Of a stretch of 64,000 nt of DNA, positions 57,472-64,000 are shown one piece after another. A program made the translations under genes and the position numbers. Under the pieces are notes generated by a model that was not told where the DNA came from, did not search any database, and saw only the letters and a list, made by a program, of their open reading frames with translations. Source of the stretch: a virus. The stretch's first letter is position 1. Every line of letters starts with the position of its first letter. The DNA lies in the UHGV virus genome UHGV-0210596; one strand, 5' to 3'.

Positions 57472-58655
57472 TTAGGGCAAGAATACAGATAGGTAAAGGA
57501 GAGGTATACGATGCCTACGACAAATACGGGTTTGTGTATCTCGATGCGGATGAGCGCACCGCGCCCGATATACAAGACTATACCTCGACCAAGTATGTTG
57601 AGGATGCCGAGGAGCACGTAGACCCACGCACTATCGAGGTTGCCTTTGACTACAAAATCAAGTTCCTTGTAGAAGCGCCAAACGGCAATTATAAGAGCGT
57701 CAACAATAAGGTCGATGATTTTAATACGTTGCTGTTTACGCGCGATGACAGCGGCGTCCTAAACGCGCAGAAGATTACGATATACAACGACTTGAACCGC
57801 GTAAAAGTTGTCGGTTATCCCAAGCCGATAAGCGAGCCGACCGAGGTTTTCCATACAGATAGTTACGGCGGCTCGGACTGGATAGCCCTCGAATTGACGG
57901 TACACGTAAGCAATCCTAAAGAGTGTGTTTGGGCAACAGAACGATACACTGACGGCATGGCCGAGGTGGTTTACAACGCCACCGATGCCGAGCAAGGGGC
58001 GTATGGCTTGACGATATTAGCGGAGAACCTGCCCGTTGTGTTGCCCGACGGCTCGACCAAAGGCAGGGCGTTTACGCACGACTATCTGCATTACATTACC
58101 GTGCCGCTAAACAGGGGAGATAGTGTAACGGGAAAAACAATGGCTTACGGCAATGCGTGTCATTGGATAGTTACCGATGCGAGCGGCAATGCCTTAGCGT
58201 ACAAACAGCCGCGCACAGACACTTATGAGCCGTTTGTTTATTTGTCGGAGTATGACGACACGGTGTACTTCACTTTTAATATACGCGGCAACGATAGCGA
58301 ATATTATGCCGTCGTCAAGAAAGATGTCGATAAGGTACGCTTTGAGACGGTTGACGGCACTATCGGCGTAATGGGCGCAAACGGCGCAGTGCAGGCGCAC
58401 GACAAAGTGCGTATGATAACAATTCCACTGTGCAAAGGCGATAGTGTAAGCGGCACAACACAAGCCTTTGGTAACGCGCCTTATTGGGTGATAAAAGATG
58501 ACACGGGCAAAGTTACCGACAGCCAAGGGGCAGATGAAGATACCCCCATGCCGATAACCTATACTTCTACCGTAGCCGAGGGCAAGGTGGAGTATATGAC
58601 ATTCAACCTTCGCGAAAATTCCAACTCATACGTAGAGGTAACACGCGCAAAATAA
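57468..58655 (+). CDS. Distal tail-like protein with duplicated C-terminal domain
   Basis: Two IT.PL..GDSV.G.T.A.GNA..W repeats. Confidence 0.65.
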   Translation: MIRARIQIGKGEVYDAYDKYGFVYLDADERTAPDIQDYTSTKYVEDAEEHVDPRTIEVAFDYKIKFLVEAPNGNYKSVNNKVDDFNTLLFTRDDSGVLNAQKITIYNDLNRVKVVGYPKPISEPTEVFHTDSYGGSDWIALELTVHVSNPKECVWATERYTDGMAEVVYNATDAEQGAYGLTILAENLPVVLPDGSTKGRAFTHDYLHYITVPLNRGDSVTGKTMAYGNACHWIVTDASGNALAYKQPRTDTYEPFVYLSEYDDTVYFTFNIRGNDSEYYAVVKKDVDKVRFETVDGTIGVMGANGAVQAHDKVRMITIPLCKGDSVSGTTQAFGNAPYWVIKDDTGKVTDSQGADEDTPMPITYTSTVAEGKVEYMTFNLRENSNSYVEVTRAK

Positions 58656-58658
58656 ATA

Positions 58659-61600
58659 ATGGAGCAAGTCAAGATAATAACACTGCCTGCCGATATAGCG
58701 CTGACGGGCGAAATCAAGGTTAGTTGCGCGGATATGGGAGAAAAAACCATAACCGCGACAGCGTCAATAAATTATCAGTCAGACGAGCCGATTGTGCCGT
58801 ATGATTGGGAATTGGAGTATCGCGGCGAAAAATATATAATGCCGTTGCGAGAGCCTGGGCTAAGCAAGGGAAACACCGCGTTTGACGTTTCGGGGGAAAT
58901 GACCTTTCATCACTGGGCGATATATCAGTTGAAGCGCAAATACTTCACCACGATACAGCCCACCGACACGGGGACAGCCGTTGCGGATAAGTATCTTGCC
59001 AGTGTTTCGCTTGGCCTTAAAGACTTTTGCGACCTACTCGGGCAGGTATTGCAGCGCAACTTCGGCGAACAAATTAAGGTAGATGTAAACACTACCGAAG
59101 CCGCTAAACACACAGACGCCGTAACCGTAAGTATCAGCTACTCGCACATTTGGGATGTAATAACCAAAATCTATGAACTTTACGGCGTACGCTGGACGAT
59201 CGAAGCCGCAAGCGACAACGACAATTACGCAAAAGGCGGCGAGCGCTATGTTATCAAGGTGGGCTATGCCGCCACCGAATTAGACCATATTTTCCAATAC
59301 GGTTTTGACGGCGGCCTGCTGAAAATAGAGCGGCAAGTGCAGGATGATAGTCTATACAATATCCTATTAGGGCGCGGTGGAGAGAATAATCTTCCGTTGC
59401 GTTACTTTAAGGATATTGACAGCGGCAATCCCGACTATCGTCCCGACCCTGACTGGATACCCGAATTGGCCAATATGACCTTTGACGCGCTTATGGACTA
59501 TAACTTCCGTTGTTACGTGCAGGGCTGGAAAACCAATGGAAACCGACAGCTGACCGACCTAAACGGCAAAGCCATAATCGACAAGAGTACAAAAAAAGCC
59601 ATATCCGTAGAGACTTATGACGCAACGCGCGGCGAGAGCGATTGGGCATACAAGAAAGGCCATACAGACACCAAATTCGACCCCGTGGAGTACGTCAAAG
59701 ACGATGAAAGCATAGAAAAATACGGAGAGCTGTGGCACGGGCTGGAAAACGCCACCGACATATACCCGACCATACAAGGCATAATTGTAGACCCTTACGG
59801 GCGCATAGATGAAGCCGTCTACATCGAGCAAGTAACGACAGACGACTATAAAGACGCTGCCAAGGCCGAAGCGCAGCTTGTAAACCTAAGCGACCCCAAA
59901 AGCGTAACCCTAAGCGACCTGCCCGCCACAGCGACCAAGAGCGTCATGATACGCAGCAACGGCACATTTAGCGTACCGCAGGGCAAGACCGCCAATTTGG
60001 AAATTACGCCCAAGGTGGTACGAGTAAGAGACTCGACCTTGTACGCATTACTAAGAGACTGGGACGACAAGGCGGCAGACCTCAATATAGCCACAAGCGC
60101 ACAGATAACAGATTATGTAATAAAGTGTTATCCAGCGGGCGGCGGTGCAGAACATAGCGCAGGCGGATTGACCGCAGGCGAGTGGTACTATGAATGTACC
60201 GTGTCCGTAACCTCGTTGGTTAAAGACAAGGCCATAACCGTAGATGTCGGTATTACGAGCGGACAGCTCACCATAGCCGACGATGCCGATAACGGTTGGG
60301 GCAACACCTTTGACGTATGGGTTAAGAACATTTGGGGCAGCACCAAACAAACGGGCGAATCGGACACTGAATATTCCGAGCGCGTATGGAAACCCATATT
60401 AGGCGACAGAACGGGCAGCGAAGCCAAGATGATGTTCACGGACGGGGCGCTGGCTATCAGCGATGACTACGAATTTGTGATAACCAAGTACCCCGTTTAC
60501 GATACGAGTAAGACCCTAAACGGCGTATCGAGTCATTGGCGCATAACGCTGGCCAAGAGTGATGCAGACTTAGAGAGTACGGGGATGTACATCCCGAACA
60601 CAAAACAGCAAGGCAAGGCAGGCGACCACTTTGTGTTTATCGGCACGGAGATGACGCACGACTACACCCTATGGGCGGAAAAGCGGCTACGTCAATACAA
60701 GGAAGAAAAACTCAAAGATACGGCCAATACTAAGCCCACGTGGGTTATAACGACTGACAAGGTTAAGATGAATGAGTACGGCCAAGCAGACGTATTGTTC
60801 GACAAAATCTGCGAGGGATGCACGTTGCGTTTGCGCGACCCCAAGCTGATAATCGACAAGTCGTATGAGACGCTGTACATACAGAGCATCACCAAGACCT
60901 TTAACGTTGACGGCAGTCCGTTGCCCGATTTAGAGATTGTGTTGAGCGACAAATACGAGACTTCGGCAAGCAGTGTGGCAATGCTAAGCGACAGCGTGGA
61001 TGAGATACAGAAACGTCTCGGGTCGTTGGGTAATACCGAACAGATTGTACGCGCCATAGGAGATAAACTCTATCTGCGTAAAGACGGTGTACGCGACATA
61101 AGCATTTCGCCGACACAATTTGCCTCCTTGCTTACGAGCGACGACTTTCGCAAGGGCAACGTTGACGGCACGGGCTGGGGTTTTTATAAAAACGCCAACG
61201 GCGAATGGGTTTTAGAGGCCGACAATATTGTAACGCGGCGAGAATTAAAGGTTAACACACTTGTTATCAATCAAATAACGGCGCGTGGCGGTACAATCAT
61301 AGAAAGTGCGGCCAATATGGAAGTATACTCCGTGGTCAAGAGCGGCAGCGATTACATATGCTACTTTGACCAGCGAAGCGGCAGTGTGGCCAATCTTTTT
61401 GAGGTTGGCGATGTAGCCTATTGCACGCGCTATGATGCGCAGAATAATGCGGTCAAGGTCTATAAGCGCAAAGTGACAGCCGTAGGGTTGGACAATCTGA
61501 CCCTATCTGGGACAATCACCAACGGCACGGGCATTCCGAGTGCGGGCGACACGCTTGTACAATACGGCAACTATACCAATGCCGAGCGTCAGTACGTCAA

Positions 61601-63437
61601 AGTTCGAGACGTTATCGGCGGCGGCTATGAGCGCTATTTGGAGGGGCTTAACAGCGTCGATGCAGTCGGAGTGGAGTATTTCTATGTCGGGCGGCAAACG
61701 GGCGTTTACGGCGGCAAACCGCGCTTCTTTATCGGCAATAAGGATGACCAGTATCTGGAAATGCTGGACGGCAAGATAACGACAAATTGCACGCTTGAAG
61801 TAACGAGTAAAGTCGGCGACCAAAGCATAGGTGACTATGTATACGACAATGCTCCGTATGTCGGCGAGAATATGCTGTATAACTCCGCATTTGAGGGCGG
61901 CGGCAAAGGATGGACGAGCCACGGCAATATTGCGACCGTAATAACCGATAAGGCATACAAGCACAACGGATACAACAGCGTAAAACTCAGCGCGAGCGGA
62001 AACACGTCCGATAAATATTACGGCATGGTACAGTTTAATTGGTACACGCCCGACACGTTGACTGCAAAGCCCGGAGAGCAATTTACTGCAAGCGCGTATG
62101 TGCGTTGTGATGACTTAACGTCAATAGATTATAACGTCGATATGATTGTCGGCTCGACTACGGCGGAATATGCAAACGCAGGACTTGTCTATATGCAGAT
62201 TAAACCCAAACTCATCAAAGGCGAATGGGTGTATGTAGAGCAAACCTTTACGGCAGCCGCAAATGCCACAGCGGTATTTATGCAAGTGTATCTGCAGCGC
62301 AACGGCACGGTATACATCTCGCAGCCCAAGATAGAAAAAGGCAAGAAAGCGACAGCGTGGTGCCCCAACAATCATGACAGCGCCGACCGCGTAACCGATA
62401 TGGACTATATCACCAAGGCGTTGGGACAAAGCACAACGGTAAGCGGTGGTTTGGTACTGTCATCCTTGATACAAGTCGGCGAAAAGACGACAAGCGGTTA
62501 TACCGTCAGGGCAGGCATAAACGGCCTTTGGGGCGGCGACGGCACTATTATGCTATGGGCAGGCGGTGTTATGGAAGATGCCGCCAAGCCCACGGCATCG
62601 GCCAATGCGGCCAAATTTCTTGTGCGAGCCGACGGCACGGCCTACGCCGCCAATAACACCGTCCGTTTCGGAGTAAACACTATGGAAGTAGGCAAGAACG
62701 TCATTCTGGACGATGAAGGGCTGAAACTGCAAGACATCGATACGGGCGACACCCTGTTGCGTATCACCAATCAGAGCATCGGGGACGATGTTACGAGTGA
62801 GAGCCAAAGCAGTGTAAGCCTCAATCAGACTAAGACCGTATCAGTCTCATATAAGCGAGTGGAAAACTCAGGTGATATGGGGTCAATCGCATTGCCCGAT
62901 GGAGCATACCTTGATAATAAAACGCTTACGACTATTGCGGTCGGCGACCAGCCGCTCACGGCGGGTTCGGCCATTTCGGCGTCCATAACCCTTGATATAC
63001 CGATGCCCGACACTATTATGTCCGGTGCTGTCGTTGCGCGAATTACGCGAGACGGTCAGCTATACAAAGAGCGCATGTTGCAATTAACCAAGAACGGCGA
63101 TTCGTATCGTGCGGCCTGTTCGTTTAGCGAAGTTGTAAGCAGTGCCGGGACATACGCGATAATCCTTGCGACCACAGCCGCGACCATACCCACGAGCAGT
63201 TTTACGGAGCAGCTTACGCCGTCAACGCTGAACGTCAAAGGCTACGGGCGCTACGGAGAGTCTCCCGGCAACAACATAGGTAATGACGGAGTGCGTTTCA
63301 CGTGGGGAACTACAACGTTCCTCTGCAAGGAGGGCAAACTTGTGATGAGAGCAGGCAACTTCGGGCTAAAAGTGGATGCCACGGGCATCTATAAGTTTGA
63401 CGAAACAACCAAACAATGGGTTACCGCTGACATTTAA
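58659..63437 (+). CDS. Large tail tip / hub protein with carbohydrate-binding-like insert
   Basis: 1592 aa; GG..NLP.RY, DIYPTI, NMLYNS.F...QPKIEKG.KATAW CBM-like domain. Confidence 0.8.
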   Translation: MEQVKIITLPADIALTGEIKVSCADMGEKTITATASINYQSDEPIVPYDWELEYRGEKYIMPLREPGLSKGNTAFDVSGEMTFHHWAIYQLKRKYFTTIQPTDTGTAVADKYLASVSLGLKDFCDLLGQVLQRNFGEQIKVDVNTTEAAKHTDAVTVSISYSHIWDVITKIYELYGVRWTIEAASDNDNYAKGGERYVIKVGYAATELDHIFQYGFDGGLLKIERQVQDDSLYNILLGRGGENNLPLRYFKDIDSGNPDYRPDPDWIPELANMTFDALMDYNFRCYVQGWKTNGNRQLTDLNGKAIIDKSTKKAISVETYDATRGESDWAYKKGHTDTKFDPVEYVKDDESIEKYGELWHGLENATDIYPTIQGIIVDPYGRIDEAVYIEQVTTDDYKDAAKAEAQLVNLSDPKSVTLSDLPATATKSVMIRSNGTFSVPQGKTANLEITPKVVRVRDSTLYALLRDWDDKAADLNIATSAQITDYVIKCYPAGGGAEHSAGGLTAGEWYYECTVSVTSLVKDKAITVDVGITSGQLTIADDADNGWGNTFDVWVKNIWGSTKQTGESDTEYSERVWKPILGDRTGSEAKMMFTDGALAISDDYEFVITKYPVYDTSKTLNGVSSHWRITLAKSDADLESTGMYIPNTKQQGKAGDHFVFIGTEMTHDYTLWAEKRLRQYKEEKLKDTANTKPTWVITTDKVKMNEYGQADVLFDKICEGCTLRLRDPKLIIDKSYETLYIQSITKTFNVDGSPLPDLEIVLSDKYETSASSVAMLSDSVDEIQKRLGSLGNTEQIVRAIGDKLYLRKDGVRDISISPTQFASLLTSDDFRKGNVDGTGWGFYKNANGEWVLEADNIVTRRELKVNTLVINQITARGGTIIESAANMEVYSVVKSGSDYICYFDQRSGSVANLFEVGDVAYCTRYDAQNNAVKVYKRKVTAVGLDNLTLSGTITNGTGIPSAGDTLVQYGNYTNAERQYVKVRDVIGGGYERYLEGLNSVDAVGVEYFYVGRQTGVYGGKPRFFIGNKDDQYLEMLDGKITTNCTLEVTSKVGDQSIGDYVYDNAPYVGENMLYNSAFEGGGKGWTSHGNIATVITDKAYKHNGYNSVKLSASGNTSDKYYGMVQFNWYTPDTLTAKPGEQFTASAYVRCDDLTSIDYNVDMIVGSTTAEYANAGLVYMQIKPKLIKGEWVYVEQTFTAAANATAVFMQVYLQRNGTVYISQPKIEKGKKATAWCPNNHDSADRVTDMDYITKALGQSTTVSGGLVLSSLIQVGEKTTSGYTVRAGINGLWGGDGTIMLWAGGVMEDAAKPTASANAAKFLVRADGTAYAANNTVRFGVNTMEVGKNVILDDEGLKLQDIDTGDTLLRITNQSIGDDVTSESQSSVSLNQTKTVSVSYKRVENSGDMGSIALPDGAYLDNKTLTTIAVGDQPLTAGSAISASITLDIPMPDTIMSGAVVARITRDGQLYKERMLQLTKNGDSYRAACSFSEVVSSAGTYAIILATTAATIPTSSFTEQLTPSTLNVKGYGRYGESPGNNIGNDGVRFTWGTTTFLCKEGKLVMRAGNFGLKVDATGIYKFDETTKQWVTADI

Positions 63438-63573
63438 CGAATAAACCCCACAACGCAGCGCTTTGCGTCATAGGGCTTACCCACATTATACCAACTAAGA
63501 CTATGTGTGTAATTCCTTAACGCAGGGCGCTGCGCCTTTGTTTGTGCCGCGTCCGCTATTTAACACATTGATA

Positions 63574-63882
63574 ATGACGAACGCAGAAATAATTAATGCG
63601 GTGATAGCAGCAACAGCAGACGCAACCGAGATAAGCGAGACTGAAATACAATCCAAATCACGGATGCGCGAAACAGTGGATGCTCGGCATATCGCGATTA
63701 AGGTTATACACGATATGGGTATATATGTATCGCGCATAGCCGCACATTTGCATGTCACCGAACGGAATGTACATTACGCGCTTACAGCCTTTGAGGAACG
63801 CTTGCGCGGCAATCCGCTTATGAGAAACAATTACGAAATAGTGAGGAATAAGGTGCGAAAGTGGTTGGAAACGAGTAATTGA
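63574..63882 (+). CDS. DnaA C-terminal-like HTH protein
   Basis: I.SK.R..E.VDAR.I......G.Y...IA. Confidence 0.7.
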   Translation: MTNAEIINAVIAATADATEISETEIQSKSRMRETVDARHIAIKVIHDMGIYVSRIAAHLHVTERNVHYALTAFEERLRGNPLMRNNYEIVRNKVRKWLETSN

Positions 63883-64000
63883 CCACGCGTTAAGAGTGCG
63901 CTACCTTTGCAGCGTGAGGTCAATGTTGACCGCACTTAAAAAATCTCGCTATGGAAAACAATTTTATAACTTCGGGCGACCTCGCTATGTGGGATACCGC

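Larger units (their letters stand above)
1..64000. mobile_element. Temperate siphovirus-like phage of a Bacteroidales-type host, near-complete and probably circularly permuted
   Basis: Integrase, repressor, terminase, portal, capsid, tape measure and amidase present; no host housekeeping genes at either end; Bacteroidetes-type promoters throughout. Confidence 0.93.

Noticed and set aside
1..64000. TAG stop-codon reassignment
   Set aside because: Only one clear internal TAG; long genes are open in code 11, several genes end properly at TAG, and no suppressor tRNA was found

Overview
The window is almost entirely one temperate, siphovirus-like phage genome of a Bacteroidales-type host, inferred from TTTG-N20-TAnnTTTG promoters, A-rich translation starts and gene content. 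It looks circularly permuted, with an apparently intact attP beside a tyrosine integrase. Left arm (minus strand, 1.3-22.1 kb): replication, recombination and nucleotide metabolism genes (Rep with iterons, ThyX, dUTPase, beta clamp, MTase, RusA, antirepressors, RecT/exonuclease) plus a displaced tail-fibre pair. Centre: repressor/Cro switch, attP/integrase, serine recombinase, small early genes and a non-coding skew-switch region. Right arm: SF3 helicase, inverted portal and intein-containing terminase, tRNA-fMet, head, tail, tape measure and lysis genes. The most unusual signals are non-coding. (1) A small promoter-to-terminator unit carries a perfect Cas12a (V-A) repeat handle followed by a type I-C repeat, with no cas genes: a candidate dual-type RNA anti-CRISPR. 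(2) Nine tRNA-like elements lacking a normal anticodon arm alternate with conserved GUGA-loop hairpins and U-rich segments that read as antisense to translation-start regions: a candidate tRNA-punctuated sRNA array. (3) An intergenic copy of the phage's own iteron origin is followed by a second module of identical geometry but different iteron sequence. All product calls are from motif recognition by eye; no searches were run.
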